DNA of 60,344 nt from Octopus bimaculoides (taxonomy: Eukaryota): positions 30,041,835-30,102,178 of the forward strand of contig NC_068998.1 of the NCBI RefSeq assembly GCF_001194135.2, written 5' to 3'. The notes under the pieces are model-generated. The model searched no databases. It saw nothing but the letters and a program-made list of their open reading frames with translations, and was not told the origin of the DNA. The first letter of the stretch is position 1; every line of letters begins with the position of its first letter. Both the position numbers and the translations under genes were made by a program. Positions 24,681 to 37,113 of this stretch are shown piece by piece.

Positions 24681-25855
24681 TCAGGCTGAGTAAAAAATAA
24701 TCAACGTTTTGAAACATGAAATTTATCACAATATATTTCAACAATGCAGAAACTTTATTCATCAAAGTAAGTACCATTACAAGCAATACATTTTTGCCGA
24801 GTTACAAGTTTGTTTATTCCATTAACATAAAAATCTGGAGTTTCTGGAGCTGATGAAATCGTTGAACGCACTTTTAGCATTGGTTTGATTTTTGAACTTC
24901 TCTCACAGGAAACAATCAAGGTACTTGGAAAAGTGGTATTCAGTAGGAGAAAGGTCTGGGGAATAAGCTGGGTGGGGAAGAACTTTGTAGCCAAGTTCTC
25001 TCAACTTCTGGAGCTTCATTAGTGAAATGTGTGGTCAAGCATTGTCATGAAGAATGATTGGCCCTCTTCTGTTGACCAGTCTAGGATGGAGGAGTATCAG
25101 TTTTTCATTCATTTTGGCAATTTCATGACAATATGTTTCTGCAGTAATGGTTTTTCTGGGTTTTAAGAAGTTATAATGGATGAGTCCAGCAAGTCACCAC
25201 CAAACAGTCACCATAACCTTCTTTTAAAAGAGCTCAGGTTTAGGGGAAGGTTTTCAGTGCTTCATTTTGGTCCAACTACTGTAAAGAACATTTTTTTATT
25301 ATTGTACAGAATCCACTTTTCATTATAAGTTACAATACGGTTGAGAAATGGACCAGTTTGGTTACAGAAAAGAAACAACAAGCAAATTTCATATCTGTGC
25401 ATTTTCTGATTTTCATTTAAATTGTGTGGTACCCATTTGCCAAGCTTTTTTGATTTTCCAATCACATGCAAATGGTTACAGGCAGTTTTCTGGCTAACTT
25501 GAAGTTCTTTTGCCAGTTCTCAAGCAGTTTTATGTAGATCTTTCTCAATGATGGTCTTTAATTGACCATCATCAATGACAGATGGGCATCCACTACGCTC
25601 ATGATCTTCAAGGCTCAGGTCTCCACTGCAAAATTGTTTAAACCATTTTCACGCTGACTACTCACTGGTCATTTCCTTACCAAACATTTCATTGATATCA
25701 CGAGCAGTTTCAGCTCCTTTATATCCGTTTTTGAAGTTGAATAGCAAAATTGCTCAAATATTGTGCTTTCACAGTTCCATTTCAGATGATTGTAGCAATG
25801 GTGAAAAAAATATTCATGTTAATTTATTGATGCATTTATTGATGTCTGTATTATC
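24681..25855 (-). mobile_element. Decayed mariner transposon
   Basis: KKLGKWVPHNLNENQK, FLNRIVTYNEKWILYNN, and HDNA-like and PxYSPDL-like remnants; ends approximate. Confidence 0.88.
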
Positions 25856-26520
25856 AGATAATTTCTAAAAAGTGTTTAAAAAAATTCAAAAATCTGTGAA
25901 AATCCAGTACAAATTCTTCATGGTTCAAAATGTTGCTTACAACCTGATAATTTCTACTGCACTTTTTCTTAGAGAGCATCCAAAAAGAAACATTTTGATA
26001 TGTAATTTGTGAAATTTGGATGAATATTTTAGGAAATGTGACAATTTGAATGATCAGCAAATCAGTTGAAATCTTGCCTAATTGGCCTAAATGAATAATT
26101 AACCATATGTGTGATGTTATATCTTTGAAACTGAGGTGATAATCATCAAATTACACAAATTAATAGTGACCATGGTATAGCAGTTGCTTATTATTTTTCA
26201 GGTCCTTGGGAAGAAAACTTTTTGGGGGCAATTTTTAAAAATATTCATGTAAAACCTATTTTGTTACACGTTACAAACAGTCAATTTCACAGTATCTTCA
26301 GACCTAGCTAGATCCAAAAGTACAAGCCACAGCAACTTGAGTTTTGGCACATTTGTAGTAGGTATAGAACTAAATAAATCCTGAGATTTTGGGACATGAC
26401 ACCATTGCAATAAAATTTCAACGAACTATTGAAAATGGCTGTAAATGTTGGAGTTTTAGATCAGGATGCCCACATAAGCTTCCCCATTTTAACGGGGATT
26501 TTCTCCCTTTTATTTTTTAA

Positions 26521-29500
26521 GAATCATTACACGACTCAGAGTATGGAAGTTTGACCCAGTTTTGTAGAGATCTAAACTACCGAAATTCAGTAAAATTGTG
26601 CTATAGCTGCAGTATTATATATTTTGTGTCGCATATTTATAAAATTCTCGAAAATACTTTATTTTCTCGAAAATGTCAATTTTTTTAAAAGTTGCAATGT
26701 TTTCTTTAAATCTCTAAGGTATTTCACCTGTTTTCCTATACTTAACCTTTAAAGAAGATATTTTATTCTTTATCTTTGCTTCAGTTTGATACGTGGATAT
26801 ATCATCGTGTGGAGGATATATTGTTGGAACAATTCCCATGCCCTGCGTGGTGCAATATTTCCAGCACTGTTGACTTGAATGGCTCATGAATTCCACGGCT
26901 ATCATTATACAACGTTGATTGTCCCTTTCTTTTCTTTGCCATCAAGGATGAAATAATGGTTCGAATTTCTGTTTCCAATGTTTAAATTCCACCAACATTT
27001 TACCTGGACCTCGTTTCATAGCTTCGTTTTCATTACCCAAATTAAAAATATCAATAATTTCTTGTTTAAATGGATCCACATACTTTCGACCATACTTATC
27101 ATTGTGCTTTCTTGTTCTTGCCCATTCTGTTTCAAATCCACAACACTCATTATTATGCTGGATCGCTTCATGAATGGGATCAAACATCTTAAGTTCTTCA
27201 ACATTTGAACTAGTATTAATCACCTGAAATTGATGCTGTTCATATATATCTTTAGCATAAACAATAGCTTGATTGATTAAATCTTGTTATCTTAAAGCTC
27301 CCTTGCAATTATGGATTTCCATTTTGTAGGCAGTTGCAAATTCCCTACAACATAAATTACACTGAAGAGGATTTTCATCGTCTGATTCCATATCCAAATC
27401 ATTAATATTTGATGCTACAGCAAGTCCAATATGATGCTCAACACCATAAACAATACATTTTGTTAAGCTGCCTCTACCTTTCTCTACAATACCAATATCT
27501 TCAACAGTGTCTGTATCAAATATTTAATTTTCATTGGAAACACAATCTTCTTCATTGGATTCGCTTCAACAATTTCCTTCGTTTACGTCATTCGTAGTGC
27601 CATTGATAAGGTTGCATGTTGCTGTCAATGGTAAGTTTGAATTTTCATAAACTATAGCGGAATTTCTTGTCGAATCAAACTGTACTTCCATATGATTACC
27701 TATGTTTTGAAATTTTCCTATTATCTCCAAGTTTTCCTGTTCAAACTGTTCAACAGCAGGCTCATTAATACCAACCAATTCTGCTCCTGTATTACTTACA
27801 CTGCCATTAGCATTTAAAGCATCAACTAATTCAACAAGAGTTATAACATCTGAACCCATATTACAATGCATATACACATACCTCATAGCTGTAGCAAAAT
27901 GAGCGTCGATACTGCCTTTACCATCTTGTACACCAGTACAAAATTTAAGGTTGAATTTATCTGCAATTTTATATAATGTAAACAATAAGTTTCCCTTCTT
28001 ATAACATCTTGTGTTGTCAGATTGTACATAAAGATTTCAAATGTATGGATATTTGGTCAATATTTATCTACATACTGCATCAAAATAGGACATAACAGCC
28101 ACATAGTCTTGCTTACTATCCCCGGTAGAAATGTGATCAAAGTAAGTAATACGATAATCCTTTATATTTTCAGTATTACACCATTCTTCATCGGTGTATC
28201 TTGTATACATCATGGTTCCATGCCACAATGACCCTTTCTTACCATAAAAATCTGTAGTTTTTTCCCTATAGTATATAGTGTCGAATTTCATTTTGAAATC
28301 CATAACAACCATAGCATCTTCTAAACGTAAATTGAACATTATTTCATCAATCCTATTGTGTTAATTAAGTACTCTCACACAATGACCAAATAAAAGATAT
28401 AATTTTTCCATAGCATCAATAGAATTTCATGTTCTGGGCTCACATTCCATTTAATGTATTGTATTATATGCTTGGGGAAGCAACAAACACTACATTGTTT
28501 CATTTCCGCTCCAGAGATAGATAAAGAAAACTCTTTATCCGTGACATTACATGTAGAAATCTGTCCCTCATAGGTTTTCTTAATGTAAGCTTCTAAACCA
28601 TTAACAATAGCATTCAAAGATTCTGATTCGGCACTGGTAGCAACAACAGTCTTCAAACATGCAAAATTATCATACTCTCTTTTACTCTTTTACTTGTTTC
28701 AGTCATTTGACTGCAGCCATGCTGGAACACCGCCTTTAGTCGAGCTAATCAACCCCAGGACTTAGTCTATCAGTCTCTTTTGCCGAACCGCTAAGTTACG
28801 GGGACGTAAACACACCACCATCGGTTGTCAAGCGATGGTGGGGGGACAGACACAGACACACAAACACACATACATATAAATATACATATATACGACGGGT
28901 TTCTTTCAGTTTCTGTCCACCAAATCCACTGACAAGGCTTTGGTCGGCCCGAGGCTATAGTAGAAGACACTTGCCCAAGGTGCCACGCAGTGAGACTGAA
29001 CCCGGAACCATGTGGTTGGTAAGCAAGCTACTTACCACACAGCCACTCCTGCACCTATACATTAATATTCCTGACACATAATCGACTACTTGTTTAATTA
29101 TTTGATCCTTGGTAGTAACATTTTCACTATCTTATGGAATGATGTAGAGCCTAATTGTTTATTTTGAGCTATGGTTTCTTTGTAATCACATAGCATTATA
29201 GTTGTATTCTTTTTTCCTAATCAGCTTGGGGAGATGTATTTCTTCGCCATTAATCGTAAATGTTTTGGTACCCCATGAGATTAGGTATACATTAGCATCC
29301 GACAAAACAAACTCCACTGCAGCTTCCATTTGATCGTGATCATATCATATAATTGATCTATTGGAAGGTGTAAGCTGCTTTCCACTTACCATATGTTTAT
29401 ACTTTCGTCTTTATGAAGCTACTTTCTTGATACCAATTCCAAAACAATCTTTCAAAACACTTGAAACTAAGGATACCACTAATGGAGCTGTAACAGCATC

Positions 29501-30191
29501 AGCTTGTACAACATTTCTCTGCAATGCATCTCGTACTTTAATGATATTTTCTGCTAACTTGCCTTCATTGACGACACCGTCTCCTTTGTTTTTAACAACA
29601 TCTTTCATAAGGCCTTCAGCATCATGCGGTCTAATGATAGAGCATACTTTTTTCATTATGGTACTGGTTAGTTTCATTAGTCGTTTTTTAGCTGCTTCGT
29701 CAAAGTCTTCCATTCGGGTACTTTCACATTTAGCTTTTCCCGCTAATGATGATACTGATTTTAAACCAAATGCTTCATACAATGCCCCCACTGTTGAAAC
29801 AATTTGTGATGGATCGCTAACTTCTGGTTCAGAATCCTCTTGTTCCATATACACATATGTTTTCTTGTATTCATATTTGTTTTACATGTTCCAACACATT
29901 CTCTTTGTACTACATGTGTTTACATTTTCTTTGCGTTCATTATCTCCACGACATGTACATCCACATCTGTAACATCCTTGACAACTAATACATCTACCTT
30001 TTTTGCAAGTACATGATAATTCTTACATAACTGCCAATTGGGTGAGGTAAATCAAAATCTGGACTACCTGTGTGGTTTTTTTGATATATTAATTTTAACC
30101 AATCAAATTGCCCCATTTATTATTCAGTTAGCGACAATTCAGTATTTTAAAGTTCTACAAAAAATCAATACTCTGACCCACGAAGTGACTC
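26521..30191 (-). mobile_element. Fossil DDD-type DNA transposon, Sola3-like (~950-1000 aa transposase with stops/frameshifts)
   Basis: Ordered motifs: CTCKKGRCISCQGCYRCGCTC; AVEFVLSD..ISWGTK..LPKLIRK; FGHCVRV..MDFKMKFDTIYYREKTTDFYGKKGSLWHG; QSDNTRCY; QDGKGSIDAHFA; CNLCCREF..HNC; FNLG..KRGPGKM..ETEIRTIISSL. Imperfect inverted ends TTAA|GAATCA / TGACTC|TTAA. Confidence 0.7.
28681..29055 (-). mobile_element. Complete composite SINE inserted into the transposase ORF
   Basis: Head 'aggagtggctgtgtggtaagtagcttgc...ccgggttcagtctc', central (TA/TG)n, 3' module ending in (AAAAG)-like repeats; transposase translation resumes on both sides. Confidence 0.88.
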
Positions 30192-31449
30192 TTAAAATCA
30201 TAGTCTTGGAAATAATGGGGTAAGCTTTTTATGAAAAAACTTTTGGAAAATTTATGATTTTTTTTCTACACACCCTTTCCCTTTCTCCCTTTCAGACTGA
30301 TTTTGGCCAGTTTTTTTTTTTTTGCTCTAAACACTTAAAAATGATGGGAAAAACCTTCTCAGTAGAAAAAGACAAAGAATGCGAAAATATTTTCAAATGA
30401 AATTTAAGGGAGATTTAGCTATTGTTTCTAACACATTCCATGACCACCTGATACTTTTCTCAGAATTGTATGTAGACCTAGATTAAAAGACAAACAAGTT
30501 GTGAAAACTAATTCCTTACTTTAAGCATTAAAAACATAAAGACATTAAAAACATTTGTAACTTACAGCAAACTCATTAGTAGGCGAGTGAGAGAGAGAAA
30601 AGAAACCCAAAACAAATATGTAAGCATCACCAACTGTATATAAAATTGGAAGAAAAAAAGACATCACATCTAACTCTAATAGTCTACAAAGTTATAACCA
30701 TTACACAATATCATTATTGGCAAAATTTGACTAATATTTCTCAGAGAAAAACAAAATTTACATGTACAAGCATATCCACAAAGCTTACCTAGCAACACAT
30801 TGTTAAAACAGCAAGAGGGAATAAACAACATTCTCAATACAATGAATTCATGCTAAGTTTGGGCTCAGTTTAGTGCATTTTTTTTTTTTTTTTAATATAT
30901 GTTTACTTAGTAATTAGTTTGTCCATTTCTTGAAATTCTGGCTCAAAATCAATATTTGAAGCTTTGGATTTATGTTCCACTTGACCTCTTGCCAGGGACA
31001 AATGCATCAGTTTGACTGACTTTGCCCTTTTCTGCCATATCGTGGCCAGATTTAACAATGACCATATTGAAATAGAGAGGAACTTTTTTTTTCTTATGAT
31101 ATAAAAGTCTTCAAGAAAATATGTTCTTTTCTAAGTGAAAATTAACAATGTCTTTTAACATTCGATTTTTATATCAAAATAAAGCAAAAGCATTCCTCTT
31201 CATGACTATGATTTTCAACATAGCTCTAGTTATAGCGCTCCAGTGCATTGAACTAGAATGAGGGTTACCGTTCAGCAGTCCAAAAAAAAAAAAAAAGGGA
31301 CAAACTTTGTAAATGCATGGAAATACCAGGGTAATTGAGGGACCTGGCATGATATGTAACTGTATGAGAAGAAAGTTCACATTCAGAACTTTCAAATGAT
31401 ATATAAGTTTCCATGAAAAAAATTTATTTTGTCTTGAAAAGGATGAAGC

Positions 31450-32470
31450 AAAAAGTGTGTTTTTTTGTGTGTGTTCCAGCTGTCTTTGTCTCCATTGTAT
31501 GGTGCTCTATACTGATATTATAACAAGCCTAAGGAGAGTTGTTTATGCCACGAGTGGGACCAGCATTTTATACAAACATCCACTGAAGACAACTCCAAAT
31601 CTAGACAACTTACCATGATGACAGGCAATTATCACATTGTGAAAGTGCATGTTGTAGTCTGTGCAACTCATCACCTGATTGTCTGTGAAGTTTCTAAAGA
31701 AATTGGCATAAGTGGATGCTTATATAGCATGATTTTTAAAAGGAAAATTGAAAATGTATCATGTTGCCAAACATTTGTGCTATATGTGGTGAAAGAAGAA
31801 AGAACAAAAAAAACTGAGTCACATTTAGGAGCTGGTTGATCATTTGAGTGCTGAGAAAACCTTTCTGAATAGTGTCATAACAGGTTAAGAAAGGAGTGGA
31901 TATAGCTACAATATTGAAACAAAAATTTGTTAAAGTAGGTTGGGTCATCAACACTGTCACCAAAAAAAAAAAAGCATGTCAGTCATACAAATATGAAGGT
32001 GATGTTCATCATCCTTTTGTAGATAAGAAGGGTATTGCTCCTCATTAGTTTGTTCCACATAGTCAGCCAATCAATAAAAAGTTTTACTTGCATGTCATGA
32101 AACATTTGAGAGAGGCAGTGCAAAGGAAAACATCTAAGGCATGAACAAATAAAACCTAGATACACCATGAAAACATGCCTGTTCATGTGCCACTCCTTAT
32201 TCATAACATTTTGGAAAGCACAAGCTGACTTTTTTTGTTCCCCATGCACTCTACTTTCTAGCTTTGGTACTTGCAGACATTTTTTTGTTCTCAAAGCTGA
32301 AATCCACCTTCAAAGGTTGTCTATTTTGGAAGGTAGGAGTGATAGAAGAAAATTCCATGAGAAATTTGCAGTATTCCTGAAAATGTGTTCCAAAACTGGA
32401 AAAATGTTGGGAGCAGTGTAACAACAGTGGAGGGAATAAATCTGATTAAACTGTAAGTTGTAAATAATTC
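31450..32470 (+). mobile_element. Highly decayed mariner transposon
   Basis: Remnants resembling EVSKEIGIS, DFFLFxKLK..KG and CFQNWKKCWEQC in mariner order. Confidence 0.6.
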
Positions 32471-32599
32471 AATAAATTTGTTTTTTTTCTTTTTTGAAAA
32501 GTTTGGTTATACGATATAATATATAACATTTAATTACAAGAGTCATAACTTCCACATCTCCCTGAAATGTAAAAACTTAAAACTACATGGGCAGCAAGC

Positions 32600-35100
32600 A
32601 GTTTTTCTAATGCAGTTTTACTACTCATTTATTCATTCTGTCTCATTAATATCAGCATTAGTATTCCTCAGTTTTGGTGAGGTACTACTATTATTATGGG
32701 TTCTATTTATACTATTCTCATTTTCACTGTCATAGCATTCACATGCTTCAGGTTGTGTATTTCTAATTTGATCAGAATGAACCGATGTTTCAGATTTATT
32801 CTGGTGCTGTTTACAGTTTGTAACACAAATTTTGCACATTTTTGGTGTAGAAACATTATTCTTCTTATACTACACTTATACCTTCATGGTGTATGACAGT
32901 CACTGATGTTCCTTCAATGCAGGACTTTGTAATATATGTATAATAATATGGTAACTATGTAACAGTTGAAGCAAAAAGCTGTATATATCACATGTTAGTA
33001 ATTCCATCTACTTATGGATGACATGGAAATATCTTATAAAGAATGTTGTTCTTTAAAAGATCTTATAAAACAACGCTGTTCTTTAACCAAGAACAAAAAT
33101 CATCATTATGAAGTTCCTGAGCACCAAAACCTATGGTATATCTGTTTTTGAAAGAAAATTACATGCATAACCTGTTTCCATAAGTAACAGGAATAATCTT
33201 TATTCTCCTTGAAAATAAGTTAACTGTTATCTGCAACTGTCCAATGGATTATTAGCAATATTTATATGTATTTGAGTCCATGGTTGTTACTCTTTGGATT
33301 GCAATTTTTTTTATTTCAGCACATTTATAACATCTATAGATGTACTCCTCTTCAACATGTAAATAACCAGACAACATTGCTTCAAGTCTGAGACAACTGC
33401 ATATATTAGTACTTTCACTATAGACATCATCATGACTACTTTTTATTATTCGTTTTCTGAATATTTCAAATGCACCAATGAGATTACAATTACAAAATAA
33501 ACCACATTATACATTAATCTATAATTGACTTGCTTTAAAGGTCTCTCTGTATTGGAACAGTTACTCCAGATATTTTTTTAATTCTAGAAATAATTTCACT
33601 CAATAGAGGATGGTATAATGTTTTTCAATCTAAGCTATCAAGATATAATGCATCAGTGAATAAAGTGATTACTAATAAAAAATTTTTATCATGAAATATA
33701 GTCACAAGTTCAAAATGAGAAATTAAGTTTCACTTAATATATGAAATACCAAAGTTAAATGCTGTCAGCCGTATGACACACCTCAGTATTCTTGAAGATG
33801 TGACTATTGGAAGTTTGTTGCATGAATCAATTCAAGTGGAGGATTATTAGATCTGACCAAGAACTTTACAAGTAAAAAAGTATAAATGCAGTTTGTAATC
33901 TAGATAATTGCTAAAGCTTCCCTTTTGATGTTGAATAATTAGAGATTCAGAAGTGGCTAATTTTCTTGATAACTACAATACTGGGTGTTGTTTTGTGATA
34001 AAATGCCTAACATCAGCAGTGTGCTCAACAAGATTCTCTACTAAGGCACTTTTTAAAATTATCAAATACTGTTTGAAGATTGTCCTACCACACTCAGCAT
34101 CTTTTTTCATTTTTTTTTTTTTTTTCCATAAATTTGCAGACAGTTTGGTCATTCTTGAGTATTTTAACAAGAAACAAACATAAAAATTAAACATTCTTAA
34201 AAAGAACGTAACTCCTTGTAAATGAGGGTTTAACGTATAAAATCTTCTGGACTAAGCATTGATCTACAGAAATACTTACCTTTGAAATAAAATATCCTCC
34301 AGAAGATATCTTGTTATTAGCACATGCATTTTCCAAATTTATAGTCATTCCCGTTTCTTTCAAGTGACCCAACACAATATTGACTTTAATTCAGATCGTA
34401 TCAGATTGTTGTGCATATCCTGATAAACATCTTATTCTTTATATACTTTTGCTATGTTGCATGCAGTTTTAATGCTATATCCACCACAGTAAACCAGTAA
34501 TTGTGTTAGTTGTGGGGATATTCTTAAAATTATCTTCAGTTTAAACTTGGTGGTATGCACCCTTAAAATTTAATATTAGATCCATATGAACATGTGGCTA
34601 TTTTAACTAACCTAAAGTTCTGTTATTCTTCACTACTGCATGGCGCTAATGCAGCTATTTTTATTCTGACCAGGCAGTCGACTAGCACAACTCAGTCACT
34701 GATGTTGACTGTTATTTAGATAAAGCTATGGCTTTGAATCTGTCCGGAGTTATCTCTCTTCCGTATTTCCCATTCAGGAAGGATAAAGAGCCAGAAATGT
34801 GCTAGATATGATGTTCTTACACCTTTTACCATGAGAAAGAATTTTTTCTTCACAGTAACTGCAGTGAATTTACCTTTAGAAGTTAAAATATGTCACAAGC
34901 ATATTTTTAACTAATCTAAAGTGCATTTATTCTTCGTTACAGCTTAGTACTGATGCTTCTATAATAAATAGTGTTAGCTGCAGTTCTTGAATAATGAAAT
35001 GATCAGTTAATTTCCAGATGTCATTGTTCTGCAGATATTATTGCATGCTTTTTGAGTGCATGCACATAAATGGGTTTCTTTAAGGTGGCTACTAGTTCAA
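32600..35100 (-). mobile_element. Highly decayed Ty3/Gypsy pol (RT-RNaseH-integrase)
   Basis: Ordered remnants: VVKNNRTL, KGAYHQV..TTNTITGL, VLGHLKETGMTINLE (RT); KLATSES..REALAI..KFLVRS (RNase H); GAQ..DFCSWLKN, PCHP*VDG (integrase). Confidence 0.6.
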
Positions 35101-35320
35101 TGTAACACTGTGGGCTATCAGTTGAATAAAACTTCTGAACATAAATCATGTACAACTATGACTCTCTCTGAGTAAGCACCATTTAATACAACAGACTGTG
35201 AGGAAACTGATGTGCCTTTATTTTGGTATATTTGTTTAAATGAAATTAGAAAGATAACCACCAGGTTTGATCCACAGATCCATAGTTCTGGTTAAGACAT
35301 TTATCCAGTTAGTTTAAGAC

Positions 35321-37113
35321 TATAAGAATTGGATGAGATATGACGGCTCAGCCATCTCTCCCCAGTTCTTATATTAATCATTAAAATCCAGAAATACAAC
35401 AACACAAAGGATAACGGTAACAACAGATCAATAATTTATTCTAGGTTGGTGTAGAGCCGTTTCGTTCCTGGGTGAACAGGCATGCCGCTAGAATACCAAG
35501 GAAGCTTCGACCACATGTCAGTATCGAGTTGAGAGAGCACTGGAAGATATGTGTTGTCATGACCGCTGCTAGATAGAGAAGAGGACGAACGCTATTGCTC
35601 TCTCTCCACCTGTTGCATTGCGCATGCATNNNNNNNNNNNNNNNNNNNNNNNNNNNNNNNNNNNNNNNNNNNNNNNNNNNNNNNNNNNNNNNNNNNNNNN
35701 NNNNNNNNNNNNNNNNNNNNNNNNNNNNNNNNNNNNNNNNNNNNNNNNNNNNNNNNNNNNNNNNNNNNNNNNNNNNNNNNNNNNNNNNNNNNNNNNNNNN
35801 NNNNNNNNNNNNNNNNNNNNNNNNNNNNNNNNNNNNNNNNNNNNNNNNNNNNNNNNNNNNNNNNNNNNNNNNNNNNNNNNNNNNNNNNNNNNNNNNNNNN
35901 NNNNNNNNNNNNNNNNNNNNNNNNNNNNNNNNNNNNNNNNNNNNNNNNNNNNNNNNNNNNNNNNNNNNNNNNNNNNNNNNNNNNNNNNNNNNNNNNNNNN
36001 NNNNNNNNNNNNNNNNNNNNNNNNNNNNNNNNNNNNNNNNNNNNNNNNNNNNNNNNNNNNNNNNNNNNNNNNNNNNNNNNNNNNNNNNNNNNNNNNNNNN
36101 NNNNNNNNNNNNNNNNNNNNNNNNNNNNNNNNNNNNNNNNNNNNNNNNNNNNNNNNNNNNNNNNNNNATATTTTCTTTTAGCACGTTACTGTGCACAGAA
36201 ATGGAAGAAAAACAATGTTTGTTTGTACAGAGAAATGATATGCCGGCGGCACAAAAAATGTCAAATGTATATTGTTTTGGAAAGTTTCTTTGGCCAATGC
36301 ACTGTCTGGCCAGACCTAGTGACATAAGGGTCACTTGAGTTTTGTCGCAACGACGAAGGTGGAGTGGTTTCTTGCGTGTGTGTTTGTGATGGTGTTGATG
36401 TTGGTGTATGCATTGGTAAAGATGTTGAATGTGGTGTGTGTGGTGGTAATGATGTTGGCAGTGGTGTGTGCAGTGTTTGAAAAGCGGGCATGTCGTCCAC
36501 GGAAGTTGAGGGTTTGTCAAGGTACGCCTTTTTCAGATGGTCGACAGACACAATCTCTGTATGACCATTAGCGTCGACCTTGAAGATCTTTGGAGTGCGA
36601 GAAAGCACACGAAAGGGTCCTTTATAGGGAGAAACAAGGGATCCTTTGACAGAATCAGCCCTAATAAACACGTGAGACCAAGATTCAATGTCTGCTGGCA
36701 CTTGAGAGGGAGGTGACTTGTCTGGGACCCATAGCCGGAAGTTTTTTCTGAATCACGTCGGGGTCACCAGTTATAAGAATTGGATGAGATATGACGGCTC
36801 GGCCATCTCTCCCCAGTTCTTATATTAATCATTAAAATCCAGAAATACAACACGAGGGATAACGGTAACAACAGATCAATAATTTATTCTAGGTTGAGTA
36901 GAGCCGTTTCGTTCCTGGGTGAACAGGCATGCCACTAGAATACCAAGGAAGCTTCGACCACATGTCAGTATCGAGTTGAGAGAGCACTGGAAGATACGTG
37001 TTGTCACGACCGCTGCTAGATAGAGAAGAGGACGAACGCTATTGCTCTCTCTCCACCTGTTGCATTGCGCATGCGTGCCCGGGTACTTCCGCTGACGGCA
37101 AGTCCCTTGCACA
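35321..37113 (-). mobile_element. Miniature internally deleted Gypsy LTR element (CsRn1/Kabuki-like), two LTRs
   Basis: Direct repeats at 35321-35629 (runs into a gap) and 36772-~37113, roughly 95% identical by eye; ORF 36261-36701 encodes only the integrase GPY/F tail (SPYKGPFRVL..VSVDHLK..TRSG). No TSD found; outer end uncertain (37113 or 37132). Confidence 0.85.
36752..36769 (-). promoter_or_regulatory. Primer-binding site complementary to tRNA-Trp
   Basis: Minus strand TGGTGACCCCGACGTGAT, 2 nt inside the 5' LTR, is the exact complement of the tRNA-Trp 3' end AUCACGUCGGGGUCACCA. Confidence 0.9.

Noticed and set aside
29361-29972. 203-aa plus-strand ORF
   Set aside because: Antisense shadow of the minus-strand transposase frame; no recognisable motifs.
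34370-34660. Tyrosine-recombinase-like HxxRH...LGH motifs (Crypton/DIRS)
   Set aside because: Spacing is ~90 codons rather than ~22, and both motifs are explained by Gypsy RT remnants.
34370-34770. Apparent double reverse-transcriptase arrangement in the old Gypsy remnant
   Set aside because: EITPDRFKAIAL..SVTEL looks like an RT thumb motif but fits equally as the pre-RT segment; the downstream motifs follow normal single-RT order.
35441-36520. Long ORFs spanning N runs (also near 6.6, 8.3, 47.7, 50.3 and 57.3 kb)
   Set aside because: They are open only because N codons are not stops.
36752-36769. Possible tRNA-Trp gene
   Set aside because: Only the 3' 18 nt including CCA are present; this is a PBS, not a tRNA gene.
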